DNA from: Bispira polyomma
Taxonomy: Eukaryota
Reading direction: 5' to 3'
DNA length: 64,000 nt
Assembly (NCBI GenBank): GCA_965649765.1
Contig: OZ287752.1
Span: forward strand, 46,500,001 to 46,564,000
Both the position numbers and the translations under genes were made by a program. Shown here piece after piece: positions 38,301 through 51,979 of the stretch. Below the pieces are notes generated by a model. That model saw only the letters and a list, made by a program, of their open reading frames with translations, made no database searches and was not told the origin of the DNA. Numbering within the stretch: the first letter of the stretch is position 1; every line of letters begins with the position of its first letter.

Positions 38301-39944
38301 AAAGTTCACAATATGGAGAAAAACGCTGACGGCCATCTTGTCGTATAATCGCAAACATAATGGCTAAAACATCAAAATTCAACCAGGTGAAAACCAGATT
38401 CAGATTCATCACCTTAAAATTATATAAAATAGCTGACATTCTTGTACCCCCAAATGCTTGTTGCGATGTTGCCCTTTCACAAGAAATATGTGCAGACTGC
38501 TAATTCATTTGTGTATCTGATTCAGTGTCAACAATATGAATTCAAATTTTATGTTCCTCACTTAGAGAAATTAAATTTTAGTTATGGTCCTCTTACATAG
38601 GTAACAGCATTTCTTATATTAAAGCAGTTGGAATTATAATAAGGGTTACAAGAACGCAGATGTCAATAAACTAATAAATGTGTTATTGTAGTGACAGTCT
38701 AATGCAGGTTATTTGATATACATGTACATGAAATAATTGAAGCATAAACAGGAGCCTAAAGCTTTTTATTAAAATCTAATAAAGGAAGAGTACAAAATAT
38801 TTCAGTATGAAAGGAAGAAGAGGATGACACAAATATTGCCACTGCATGTATTTATACCAGTCTTGTCAATAAATATGGAATGACATCACGTAGAAATCTA
38901 TAGATAATGATAGTAGCATTAGTCATTCTGTTCATAGAAATACATTCAGTTACATGATATTACACTATTTCCTGCCTTGTTTGACATGGATGGTCACTAA
39001 ACTAAAGTCTGAGGCTGTATGTTGTTCTTACTTAAATCTGGTTGCTATAAGAATGACGAGTATACTTTCTCTATGACATGGAAGATCATTCTGGGCATTT
39101 CTCAGCTAAGATAAGTTGAGAAAGTTAAATAAGCTGAAATTTTGGTACAAATATTCATAAATGTTAGATTAGCAATCCCCATCGTCACAGTAACAATTAG
39201 TTATGCAAAGTCCATAACTTGACTAAAGAAGCCTCAACTCATATTTATCTCAGGAATTTTATTTAATCATGAAACTTTAGATTTTAGCAACAATCTGGGT
39301 AAATGATTAAGATTTAGGTTATTGATATAGCAGTTTACATTAATAACCTTTGCTAATTTTGTTTAATTTATTTTGTCTCAAATATGTCCAAGATAAGATC
39401 TGTTCATTTGAACAAATCGATTAAAGCTAGGGCAATGCCAGATAATGAAGTAGGGTAGTTGTCCTTGTGCAATCAGGAAACAGTTAATTATTACTTAAAC
39501 TGTAGATTAAAAATAAGATATTATTTAATCATTTTAAAAATAACAGGTTTAGTTATTTATAATGTAAAGATATTTCCCTGTAGTTTGTGTTTATGCGTAT
39601 CTATAAATGTCATGTATGAGCACATTATGACTAAACATATGGCCAACATGATTTCATAATGGCAGCATATTATAAGGCACCAGCTCCACTGTAATGAGAT
39701 ACTTACTGATAATTTGTGGTTGTATTCACAAAAAGGTCTTAAATCTAAGACAAAAACAGGCTCAAAGTTAAGACTTTGTCTTTCTTGCTATTTACAGAAA
39801 ATATGTAAAATGTAAACATGCACATAATTTAAATATTTGCTTAAAATGTTAGTATTTGTGTACTCTAATTTCAAACAGGATTAGCCAAAAATAATAACCA
39901 TGTAGCATATTAACTTTTTAATTTTTAACATCACATGATCTACT

Positions 39945-40758
39945 GGAGTGGTTGTTATGAAGCTAAAAAGTGTTGTAAAGGGCAAAAAAGGCAAATGGTT
40001 TGATTGTCAGTTATCATGTAATTTAAGATATGTCCAGTAAAAGATAATGGACTATTTCTGGTTCATTTTAAATCATCAAAACAATAAGTATGGCCCTCTA
40101 TTTCTAGAGATTAATGCTTGATACTTTTTAAGCATTTTCTCCAGTATCTTCCAATCAGCCAGATTCTAATTATCGGGAGTAAACTGGTATAAATGTGGCA
40201 AGAACTTGGACAATGTGAACGCTACATTAGATATAGAAAGGGTTGAAATCCCCGAAAAATAGGTTGAAACCCCTGGTAGGTTGAAACGTGTGGCATTTAA
40301 ACCGGCGTAGTTATGAATTACTGGCAAGTCGCCACTAAAATGACTATCTACACATATAACTTGGAAGGAAGCAATTAACAGAACTTCACGGAAGTACCCG
40401 AAAATAATAAATTTTAAAATAGAAGATTAAAACTAATATTGTTGAAAATTTAATAATATTTATTTTTCAGTGCCATGGAAGAAAAGTACAAATTCAATCC
40501 ACGATATCGTTACTTGAAGCTCTTCTTAAATTAAAATATAAAATTTTCTCCAATTAAAAAGCTGTAAAATAAATACAGTTCAGATGACTTTTTAACTAAA
40601 AAAAATACCTGTCCACTTCGGCTGTCCCATCGGCAAAGCTGATCACCCATGTAGGTCGAAACATCAGACGAGTAACAGGCTGAATCGTCTGGATACCCAC
40701 CATAATTGCTAGCCAAGCAGGGTATCAAGGCATACCGTCCCTTAAAACAACCCACTCC
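39945..40758. mobile_element. Possible non-autonomous DNA transposon
   Basis: ~18-bp inverted termini GGAGTGGTTGTTATGAAG / CTTAAAACAACCCACTCC, with internal GGTTGAAA repeats at 40240-40287. No clear TSD. Confidence 0.35.
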
Positions 40759-40985
40759 TTATTTTTATTGCCGAAATAAATATTTCAGAAATCACTGAAG
40801 GTAAACATTGCGTGAAAATATGTTGAGAAAACTTATTTTATTGCGATTATTGTGCTTTTTGTTGCATCAAAATTCGTTCAGAAATGGCTAAAATTTTTAG
40901 TTTTAAACATGGGGTACCCATTTGTGTGCAGGGTTGGGGTCAGTTACTTTGGTCACTTGATTTACTTGTATTTGTATTTTTACAG

Positions 40986-41052
40986 TGAAACTGCCCAGTA
41001 TGGAAACATCATTCTTAAAAAAGGTATTGTGATGCCACCACAGACTCCTTAG
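40986..41052 (+). CDS. FUOM: Fucose mutarotase last exon
   Basis: tttacag|T GAA..., completing (G)ETAQYGNIILKKGIVMPPQTP*, which matches GETALYGNLILRKGV. AATAAA at 41187-41192. Confidence 0.95.
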
Positions 41053-41831
41053 GAAACCAAAGTGAAATTGAAGAAAGACCTTATATTCTACCTATGTTAA
41101 TGTATTTGTCATGTTTTAATCAATCTTGATAAAAGCAAAAGAAGTAAAATTAATCTCAAAAAATTATATACTTATGATTAATGAAGAATAAACTGTAAGA
41201 CAATCTTATAAGAGTTTAATTTTGAGATGTGCTGGTCAACTGTTTGAAACGTAACACTTATTGCAGGTATTTCAAATCATGATTGTTTGGAAGCGTATTT
41301 GGGACATGGTAGAATAAACGTATTGCTTACCAATAGACTGTATGTATTTATGTATTTTATTCTCAAGGGAATAATATTTTGTGTTTTTATGTTTATTAAA
41401 TATAACTTTGTAGTCAATAAAACCTGTGATACTGTGCAAGTAATATAGATTACTATATGATATGATTGATTTTTAATGCGCCTAATTGATGCAGGACATC
41501 TTCTAAAGCGCAACATCATTGACAAAGTTGTTATCAGTTGTATTCTCATGTTAGTGATTGTAAAATAGGATAACTGTTGTTACAGTTTTAAACATGTGGG
41601 TGTATTATTAAGAATATAGGCTCAAAATAGTCTAGTAAAGCCCCAGAGAAAATTATCAGTACTAACTGTAATACTGTGTAGGTGTGTTTCGGCAACCCAC
41701 ATCACAGTCTGTCTCATTCTGGTGGGGTGGTGTGATTCTACTTGGGGAATGGTTATCCTCAACCTCCAGTGGTATGGTGTATGGTAGTCTCACTAGCACT
41801 CAGGACAGGGGCTGTGCTACGTACTATAGGA

Positions 41832-42014
41832 ATTTAAATTTGAATTGGAATATTTAAAGTCCACTCTAGTTCCTGTTTAGGTTATATTAGAACGGGTAGT
41901 TAGAAATGCTGGAGGAAACACTGCATACAGTTGATTAAGGTTCTGCACTGAAACCAGCGGCCTACAGTATGAAACTTCAATCTTTCCCACAAAGGCATCG
42001 ACGGGAGTCAAACT
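41832..42014 (-). mobile_element. 5'-truncated SINE, family A
   Basis: Near-identical to the body of 28350-28605. 15-bp TSD CTACG(T/C)ACTATAGGA at 41817-41831 and 42015-42029. Confidence 0.9.
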
Positions 42015-43549
42015 CTACGCACTATAGGACTAACATCTTGGACATTACTGTGGTCAGAAGGGCGGACAATAGAGTAATTGTGTTGGAACTAAATCCCACG
42101 GGAGAAGTGCACAGCAATGTGTAGAACAGCTGGGATGTCTTTCCATAGTTGGAATATCTGTGTAATGCTGAGGCAATAAAGGCAATTTCCAGAAACTAGA
42201 AAAGATGCTGGGATCTTGGGTTACAGATCAAGTCTGGTACATGGTACTTGTAGGGCATGGTAAAATGGCCCCAGGAGCACAGCTTTGTGAGAGCTCTTGT
42301 CATCACTTAGAGTATGATGAAATAACTACGTTTTATGAACTACGTTTTATGAACATCAATCCCTTGGAGCCTGATGTTGATATTAAGTTTAAAATGCTAG
42401 CATAGCCCGATGATTTGATGCAGGTTGCTGTTGAATACACCTGGCCCACTGAAATTGAGCCCATGCTGTCATTACCTGCTAAATGGAAGACAGGTTGCTG
42501 TATTAGAATGATACAGATATGACAGATATGACGTCAGCAAACCAAATGTGCTGTGATTGATCAGAATTACCGTCATTTAAATTTGAATAACAAATTATTT
42601 GAAAATGAAATCATAATATACATGTCTAAATATCATTATGGATTCAGCTAAAGAACTACCATTCTGGTAAATATACATAGATTGTTTTACATTAATGTTT
42701 GAAATATTTTTCTGCATAAAAGTGTAATTTGATTGAACAATAAAATGTACGTCTGTGATGTACACTATGCTCCAAAAATTTTGGCACCGAAATATCTAGT
42801 ATATATACTTTATTATATATTGTTGATCATATGTATTGTTCTTAAATAATAAATATAGAATAAGTCATTGTTTATAATCTGTAGATCTGATATGAATGAA
42901 TTCAAGTGATTTTGTTATTTTTCTTATCAAAAGTATAATGCCAAATAATATTCCTATATTGTATGAACAATATTTATAACATAAATGTTTCTTTGAGATA
43001 GAAAGTGACATGGGTAATTTTCAAAGAGATAAAATTTATTGTTATTTATCAAAGCTAGCACAACATAGTGGACAAAAATGTATGTAATATTTTAAAATTC
43101 AATGCCCTTTGCTTTTTTTCCCTCATCCCTTCAAAGCTTAATTAAATAATCTATGGGCATTAGTTTTTAAATATTTTTAGGAATCTTTCAAATATTTTAA
43201 ATTGATACTATATATATCATCGTTTTTAGAATTCAGATAATGATAGTCTCTTATTTAAATTCAAAGCTTAATTAACCTATTGCTGTACTTTCCTGCTTGA
43301 CCACTTAAAATAAGTTGTGGCCTGCATGGCTATGGTATAAGCCTCCAACTTTTTTTCATTTAACTTTACAATTACATTGTAAGAATTTTGATGCACTAAT
43401 GTATCCTTCCTTGAGGTTTGTTGTAGATGCAACTTGGCTAATGTTCACTAAAATATCTAATAAACCTTTGAATCAGTTCTTTTTGGCGATTTAAATGTAA
43501 CAATATCCAAGTCACTTTGAGATGTGCCTAAAAAATAAGAAGAAATTTA

Positions 43550-43773
43550 CCAAATTGCAACAGCCCTTTTCTCATAGTAATTACCTGACACATGCCTGCA
43601 GGGTCTGTCCTACTTACCTGTTAGCCAAATTGCAACAGTCCTTCTCTCAAAGAAATTACCTCACGCATGCCTGTAGGGTCTATCCTACTTATCTGTTAAC
43701 CAAATTGCAACAACCCTTTTCTCAGAGTAATTGCCTCACGCATGCCTGCAGTGTCTGTCTTACTTATCTATGT
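43550..43773 (+). repeat. 75-bp tandem repeat x3
   Basis: CCAAATTGCAACA... units begin at 43550, 43625 and 43700. Confidence 0.92.
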
Positions 43774-45269
43774 ATTTATCCATATATTTATTTAGCATCA
43801 TCAATGTGGGCCAAACAAATAACTATAGTTCAGTTTATTCCAGCTGAAATGATATGTGATAGTCTTTTAATTCTTACTTCAGGATTTTAAGCAATAGCTT
43901 TGCCTTACTTTCAGGTTATTATCACACTTGGATATCTCGACTGATGCTAGCAGTATCATTTTTTTGAGTGACATATACAATTCTCACAGAACAGAAACTG
44001 AGTCTGTTGGGCTATCACCCTGTCCTGTTGTAACATTGAGTAAAACAGTACATCTTATGTTCAGCTTCAAAACTACCAAAACCAAGAGAAATCCAAGAAC
44101 GGAGAGTGTAGAGCCTATTTTCCCCTTAGAGTGGAAGCCAAGTAATAATTATGTAGTAAATGCACAAACTTTTAGCTTGCCAGATTTTTGCTCTGTGTCT
44201 AACAGAGGAGATAAATTGTTGTCCTTTAACATTCCATCAGATGTTTTAAGCAATGGAAATGCAATACTCAAAAAAATTCCATTGAGAACAGTAATTGGGA
44301 TCTTTCAATTTGTCAAAAACAAATTAACCCTCTTGCAGTTGGTATATCCAACAGAAATGACTAGACAAATGAGTGTGTTAAGTCGATCATTAAAATTGCA
44401 AAAAGCCTGCGTGTTTGTTTGGGGAAGTTTGTTAGTGATGAAACTAATGTAAACAAATATGTTCCCAATATTGCATGGCAAACAATCACAAAAGCAAATG
44501 ATGAAAACTTCAACCCCGAAATTAGTATCCGAAGCAACCATCGTACATATGCAATCCCAATCCACAAAAATAACCCGGTTTGTGATCCTTGCAGTAGAAT
44601 GCGTCCTAAATGCTCTGTAAAAGATGAGAATTCCACAGTACCTATTAAAACAAGTATTGTTAACTCAGTAGCAACATCACAAAAGCCAGAAATCATAGAA
44701 CTTGGGCCAGATGAATCATCCGATCATGAAACAATTTGTAAGCAATTACTAAAGATGGACTTACCAGTAGATTTAAGAGCTATGTTTGTTGATCAACTGA
44801 AAAATCTGAATTGCCCATCCACTGGAAGGCGTTGCGATTCAAAAGTAATTGCCACAGCATTAGTCCTATATTGTCGTTCCCCAAAAGCCTATGATGAGCT
44901 TCGTGATGGCGGACTTATTCATTTGCCATGTGGACGACTAATGCGGTATTGTAAGAACTGCGCCAAATCAAGATCCAGGGTTTCAGGCATGCAACTTTTC
45001 TTTAAATTAGCTAATATTAATGTATGCATGTAATTTAATAAGTAGGGGATATTGCATTCAGTCTTTGGTTAATTTCATAATATTAGCGTTTATAAATGTT
45101 TAGCTGCAAAAATATGATGTTTCAATCCTAGAGCATCCAAATAATGAACTGTTCAAGAGGTAAGATGAGGTCTTTCGTAATATATACTCTATTCAGTCGA
45201 TTATTAATTGAGAAGTTAGTGTACTGTATATGTAGTGGTAATGATATTTGTTATATTTATTTCATTCAA

Positions 45270-45520
45270 GGAGGCCGCGGTGGCCTAGTGGTTTGCATTC
45301 AGTGCGCTTCACAATCACTGGTCTCTCACCTCATGAGTTCGACTCCCATCAATGCCTATGTGGGAAAGGTGGTAGTTCCTTACTGTGGGCCACTGGTTTC
45401 AGTGCAGAACCTTGATCAACTGTATGCAGTGTTTCCTCCAGCATTTCCAACTACCTGTCCCAATATAACCTAAACAGGTACTAGAGTGGACGTTAAATAT
45501 CCCAATTTAAATTTAAATTT
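45270..45520 (+). mobile_element. SINE family A, in transposase intron
   Basis: GGCCGCGGTGGCCTAGTGG (A box) and GAGTTCGACTCC (B box). Body matches the 28350 copy. Confidence 0.92.
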
Positions 45521-45525
45521 ATTCA

Positions 45526-45840
45526 GTGTTCTTGGATGGTCTAATGATCAGAAGGTCCCCGGTTCTATTGTCAGTACCAGCCGCTAGTTTCATTTGGTGA
45601 AATAACATCCTTGGGCAAGATGTGAACACAATTTTTCCCAGTGGCTCGGATGACCACTTAAAATGGCGGTCCTCTGTCATTGAGTAATATCTACAGTGGC
45701 AGATTAAAGATCCTTGGGGGACGTTGATAAATGGTCATCCTCAAGCAAGCCTCAGCACCCATATTGGCTGCCCATGAGGAAGCGCATTTGAAACAACTCT
45801 GTGTTGCATAAGTGCGCTAAACAAATGTCCTATTTCACTT
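45526..45840 (+). mobile_element. SINE family B (Nin/Deu-domain-like, L2-type tail)
   Basis: TCGGATGACCACTTAAAATGGCGGTCC...GCAGATTAAAGATCC core and AAGCGCATTTGAAA...AGTGCGCTA tail. Second copy at 60855-61166. Confidence 0.85.
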
Positions 45841-48800
45841 TAGGCAAATTGTGCAAAGATAATGTTAAGTATATTTTATTTTAGAATGATATCTGGCGAT
45901 GGATGCGGAATGAGGCACTCCGACATAATTTAGCACCAGAGGGATGGTATGGTGGATTGCTGATTGACGAAATGTCAATTCAACAAAGTCTTCAAATAGT
46001 AAAGAGGGGGAAATCAATGGTTTTAGTTGGGAACATTGATTTAGGAAAGCTAGGAAACTTGGCAAATACAATTACTAACCCAACGACTACATTTGATCTT
46101 GCCAAAAATGTGCTTCAGTTTTGTTTTTTTTAGGATATACTGGTTTTAGGTTTCCAATTGCCCATTACCCTGTATCATGTGCACAGGCACACCATTTGTT
46201 CTTCTTACTATGAAGTGGCATTGACAAATTACAGGAATATGGGTTCACTGTTGATTATCTTAGCACAGATGGTGCAGTAGCAAATAGACAATTGTTTAAG
46301 ACACACTTTAATCTGTGTAGTTCAGATATGTTGGAAAGTCATTTCATTGCAGTCAATCCTGTGAATCCCAATAAGTCAATTGTTTTCATTATGGACATAA
46401 AGCATGGCCTAAAAAAAATCTGTAACAGTCTTGAAAGGATTGATGGTGACAAGCAAGACATAACAGTTAATGGTCAATCGGTCAAATGGCAACATTTCTT
46501 AGATGCCCATGAATTTAATGAAAAGCAACCATTAAAAATTCAGATGTTTAACTAACGATCATTTTGAGTTAACAGGACCAATCAAAATGCGTAACCAACT
46601 AGCTCAAGATGTTTTGGATGAAGAAATGTTGTATCTTATGAGAAAATACCAAGAAAAAACTGAAACCTGTGTCAGTGGTACAATTCAGTTTCTAGAGTAT
46701 ACATCAAAGTTAGTGAAATTTGCTTCAGATAGGCGCCCACTGAATGTGGTGTCTGATAATAGATTGTCAGTAATTCATTAGCTTCTAACTTTTTCGGACC
46801 CTGTTGAAAATATTTTTTGTCAACACAGAGGTGTAAGAAATGGTCTTTTTACTAACCCCACTTATGCATCTTGTGGCACCAGCACTAATGCTATTATTCT
46901 CACAGAGACTACAGTCTCAAAGAAATCTAATACTGGTGGCTGTGGTGCTTCATTGCCTTACAGATTTCTGAAACCCAAAAATAAGCCTGGCAGGAAAAAA
47001 AATGTAGAAGAAAAAGCAAAGAGTATCAGACTTTAATAAATTAATAAACAAAAAACAATGCTTAAGGTACATAGGTTAACACAATGTGGGATGGCAGTCC
47101 TAAAGTGGTTACATTTGTTTGCTCCCCTTTAAATTGTACACAAAAAAAATTCACCTTATTTGATTCAATCCATTACTCCCAAAATTATTTCTGATTCATT
47201 GCACAATAGTGCTCTACATAACTTTTATTGTTGTTTTAAAAAATCATCCCTCTTTGGGTTGACCAATGTATTGCATTGACTATTCTGTAGTAATAATTAT
47301 CCTGGCAGTTATTTCACAATAGTGTGTCAACATGATTGTGATAAACATTAAGTTATTGACATTGTGTCTTGAAAAAAAAATCTCTAGTAAAATTTTACAA
47401 TAAAAACAACAAAGGGATTCCCCCTTTTAAAAATTCTATGCTTTACTGGCCTACTATAACCAAGCATGACACTTTCAGTAAACTGATGTTGATGCATGAC
47501 ATCAGAATTAAGTGTCTATGATGTTTGAAATAAAGAAAGTGCTATAATATAACTTGTTATGTTGTGTCCTGTATTAATTGGGGTTGATAATAGTGCAGAC
47601 AAAAATTGACTCATTAATCTTCATAAATTAGCATTGTTAATACTTTTTACTTAATTTCAATTGAATTTAATTCACAAATGCAATTTATCTACTTAGAATT
47701 CATTTTGACATTACTTTGCATTTTAATCAATCATTCTCAACATAAAATAAATGACTGGTTCCAAAATTTCTTGGACCCTACTGTATATAGGGTATTTCCG
47801 TATTTCTGTCAATTTGGTAAATGACGTCACGCAGAGGATGTTGGATTTCACAAGTTTTTCATCAAAATTGTTACAAATGACTGGATATTTAGTGGATTAG
47901 CAATACTTGTGCATAAATGTAACAGTAAGTTGATAGTATGAATAATACTCAAATTTGTGTTAGTTTTTTTGTCAATAAGGATGGTTTTATGGAGAAATTG
48001 TAGTTATAGAAAGTGACCCTATTTTCGCCCACAAAACGAGTTGCCAAACTTGTCTTTATTATATATACAGTAGGCCGTGGGTACTTGTGTGATACTGCCA
48101 GCTACTAAATCAGCCCCTAGCGACTGTGCCACAGAGTACCCAGACAGTGGTAAGCATTGCCGTGGAAAGGTGAATGTCTGTGAACTTTTCAGTCAGGTAT
48201 GGGTATAATTATACAAGAGTTAACAGTTTGATTATGTATCAGTCACAAATGTATTATATCACATGGTGAACTTTTGCCCTTTTGTAAGGCTTGAGCGGTT
48301 AGGTCAGCCCATATATGGTTCAGTGAACAAAAGTGAACTAATTCACACAATGGACTGTTCCACTATGCAGCCCTGGCCAATCACGGGAGCCCTCCTATTA
48401 TATAAGGCAGTGCATCATAGTATCTGCATCATAATTAGTTTTAAAATTTTAAATGTCCCACCCTTGGGCCCCTGTTATGTTTTATTGTTTTAATTGTATA
48501 TGAGTAGCCTCTGATTGGGGGCAAAAATTTGTCACATATGTATCTTAACAAAATTTTAGTATTTCTAATAAACACCTGTAGTGCACCAACACTTGTTGTT
48601 CTCTTTTCCTCTTGTGACATACACTGTAGTAGTTTGTCACATTCCTCTTTAACATTGGGAATGCGAGACTGATCATTCATTTAAGGATATCTTGATTTCC
48701 AAGGCCAGATAGTAAAGTGTAGTTGTGGTTCGAGCTTTGCAGGAAACAGAACAGCAACTAAGTTACGATGAGTCGGTGTTATTTAGAATAACAATAATTG

Positions 48801-50299
48801 TAAAAACATTAGTCATTTACCTTGATATAAAATCCACTGTAGTATGTCAGGTTCTTGGTGCTTTGAAGGTGTTCAAGATGTTGTTAACATGTGCGTTGAT
48901 CGAGAGGGGGTCAGTGTGACCCATGTGCACAGTTATCCTTAACCATTGTAAGTGAACATTTTGTTATAGTTAGCTGCCCTTGAATGTACACCTGACATTC
49001 AATTTAAATGCTTTGTGCAAATGAATCCTGAACAATGTCATTTTAGGGTTTGGCCTAACTCCATTGTAAGAGGTGTTTGTCTTGCATTTCCAACCCATTT
49101 TAACTTAAATATCCTGTACCATTTTTGTGGACTGGCAACTCGACTTTTTGAGGTTAAGATTTGTTTTGGATTTTCCACATAAAACTAAGTTTAATACAGA
49201 AAGAATAAATCACTAATCTGTACAGATTAATTCCAGTCATGTAAATCATTACTATAAGATATGGTAGGGCAGATATCTAATAGAAGCTAATGATATTTTT
49301 TGCTTTGAAAATTATGTGATAGTGTATTAGAAGCGAATGACATATCAGAGAGGGAATAGCACCTAGTAAATGTAACGTAAACCATATCTGTCTAAGCACT
49401 TATATCATTAAAATAGGATTACAATAGTTCAATTAGCTACTAACCAAATTAATCAAATTAACCAAATTAATTTGCAAGAATAGTAACTGCTGATTTGTAA
49501 AGCAGGTCCCCCATACAGGCGGCTATCTTAAAGAATCAATTGACTTCTGAAATATAGTTATCTATTAAACTACCTCTTATACCTGCATAAAACCTACTTT
49601 GTTCTGTACTTTATATACTAAGATTAAATTTGTACTGTGTGTACAAAATCCCCTGAACCTATTTACCATATTTATGTTATATGTAAAAATGTGAGTTCTA
49701 GATCATGCTGAGGCAGTGGGTCCATGATGTATCTAATCTGTCTGGAAGTCCATATGGTTTACCTTGTTGCATGGCAATTCCAGTATACCTCCAGCTCCAA
49801 GATGACCAGGAGTTACTTCAGCGCATAGGTGCAGAGTCCCATTATCCCTGTTCCTGCCATAAATGGTCTAGATACTGATATTATGACACAATGCCCGTTC
49901 AGACAGTAGTAGCTCTGATTCATGGTGACCCGAGTAATGATAGTATTTGCCCAGTAGTAGCAAGTTTAACCTCAGTGTTCATGCTAAAAGAGCAAACAAC
50001 TACCCCAAAGGTCGATGCTTCTCAAAGAATGCTCAAAATCAAATAGAGCCATTCTATATCAGCTAGATACATCCAGTAAGCGTTTACACAGTATGGAGAT
50101 AGAAAAGTGTTCTCCGAAGGGAAAAGTACACACAGTTTCTCGAGTACCAGTTGATAGAGGTCAGGGATCAGATCAGGTCATAGGTGAACACACAGTAAAA
50201 CATGCCAATACTACAATTAATACATTATGTAATATTAATGGTGACATAAGGTCACCATAACTTAATTACGTTTTACATTAGTGTCACCTTAACATGTTT

Positions 50300-51400
50300 T
50301 AAAACATAGTCTTTGTCCATTACAGTTTATTAGCCCTTGGGCTATTACTATAAGTAAGGTGACCCAAAAATTAAGTTAAAACTTAAAATTAGTTTTAACT
50401 ACAGAAAGCAAGTTTTAACTAAAATGAGTTTTATCTATAGCAAGCAAGCTATGTCAAGGATACAATAGCCTATACATTTAACTATAATCCGTCAAATCCC
50501 AAATAGTAGGTGACTAGGGTAATGGGGATTGCCAGGTGCTGCTGGAAAATGTCAGACACTTGCTGGCCAGCATCCACTGAGTCAGTTTTTTATGTTCTAA
50601 ATGCTAACAAAGGTGGCCCCAGAACAACGGAAAGCTTGGAAGGTAAGTCCAAACTGTTGTACCGGCAACATAGTTAAGACATTGGTAAAATGACGTCTGA
50701 CCCTTGTATCAGTGAGTAGGAACCATTTTTGCTTCACTTTAAACTGACACAAAGGAACGTTTTGGCCAGAAGGGGTCAGGGCTAACGGCGCCCTCAAAGC
50801 CTCCACTGGTCAAGCTAGGTAGTTCTGGAACTGTGATTAACTTGACATTGTTGTTGGTTTTGCATAGTCTTCAACCACTCAACTAATGTAACTGCCGTTC
50901 CCGGTTGAAACATAACGTCAGCTCCAGCAGGTGTTTTAAGGCTGAGAACTGGGAGGCAGGGTGTGGTATCGGGTTTAAAAGTCTCAAAAAGGAGAAATAA
51001 CTGAGCAAGTAAACTCTTTGAAGACTTGTCCCGTGTAGGTTGTAATACAGATAGACACCATTTTATACAAGGTACTAATATCAATGATATTTTTTAGCTT
51101 TACATGTTGATGTGCAACCAGTTGTATAGCTTTCTGATAAAATGCAATTCTAGGGTCACAAAATGCCTGTACGTGAACATTATGGACAATGGATTGTACC
51201 TTTATAGCTGACAAACAGTCAGGCATTTGGACTGGTTTTACAGAATTGAACTGAAGTCAATTGCTGTCACTTTGGCCACAAGCAGATATCCATGAAGGCA
51301 GCATAAGCCAAGTACACTCTATACATGGCTGTGTAAGCTCTGATTGCTGAGCTACAGAAATACAATTGCAGTTTGTTGGAGGAATTGCTGTACAAGAGTT
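50300..51400 (-). mobile_element. Tyrosine-recombinase retroelement remnant (Ngaro/DIRS group)
   Basis: Frameshifted YR: LVEWLKTMQ, PVEALRA...LTPSGQNVPL and RHFTNVL...LTFQAFRCSGATF (degenerate H-x-x-R box). Confidence 0.75.
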
Positions 51401-51979
51401 TCTGTACAGGGCTTATATTTGGAATACAATAGATTACAGGAACAATGTGTACATATTTATATTATGTTATTAACTTGTAATGTATTGTGAGCATATAGAA
51501 AACCAGAGTCAGGCAATCCGAGTGTCATATTTGTCAATTTCCAATATTTTGTGCCCTATCTCAAAAAGTATTACTTAAAGTGACACCAAACTGTCTATTA
51601 TATATTTGTATGTCTCAGCAACCTTACCAGTAAGGTTTGAAACTATACAAATATGTTTCAAGGCAACTTTTCTTGCTCCAAAAAGCTTAATTTTAATGTT
51701 CTTGCCTTTATCTTTTTAACTGTTGGGCTTGGAGAGTCGGAATGAGCCTATAGGAAACCATGGTCTGGCAAAGTTTGTAGGTCAAACTGGGGTAATATAG
51801 GTCAATTTCTGTTTTTTTTTTTGTGTCCTAATTCAAAAAAGTATTACTTGGAATGGGTTTAGGCAGTTGGAATGTACTGTGAGCCTATTGGAAACCAAAG
51901 CAAGGCAATCCAATGTACTGGTAAAATTGGACCTATAACCTTGGTATCCAACCAAACTTTTTAGTATCTCGTTGTAGTG

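Larger units (their letters stand above)
43917..47035 (+). pseudogene. P-element/THAP9-family transposase pseudogene (intron-containing)
   Basis: Encodes ALVLYCRSPKAYDELRDGGLIHLP, GGLLIDEMSIQ, GYTGFRFPIAHYP, YLSTDGAVANR, FIMDIKHGLKKICN, KMRNQLAQDVL and DPVENIFCQHRG. Multiple stops and frameshifts. Confidence 0.88.
42763..47783. mobile_element. Region bounded by Tc1/mariner-like inverted termini with TA flanks
   Basis: Left end TA|CACTATGCTCCAAAAATTTTGGCACC vs reverse complement of the right end TA|CAGTAGGGTCCAAGAAATTTTGGAACC. Confidence 0.45.

Noticed and set aside
40630-40670. Hammerhead ribozyme-like CTGATCA...CGAAAC (also a near-match on - at ~41685-41708)
   Set aside because: The core deviates from CUGANGA and I could not build convincing stems I-III.
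43522-43890. 122-aa ORF with Cys/His repeats, resembling a zinc finger
   Set aside because: It is the translation of the 75-bp tandem repeat, and the spacing does not fit a known finger.
45144-45473. Similar ORFs at 45144 (+) and 28396 (-), suggesting a duplicated gene
   Set aside because: Both are read-throughs of SINE family A.
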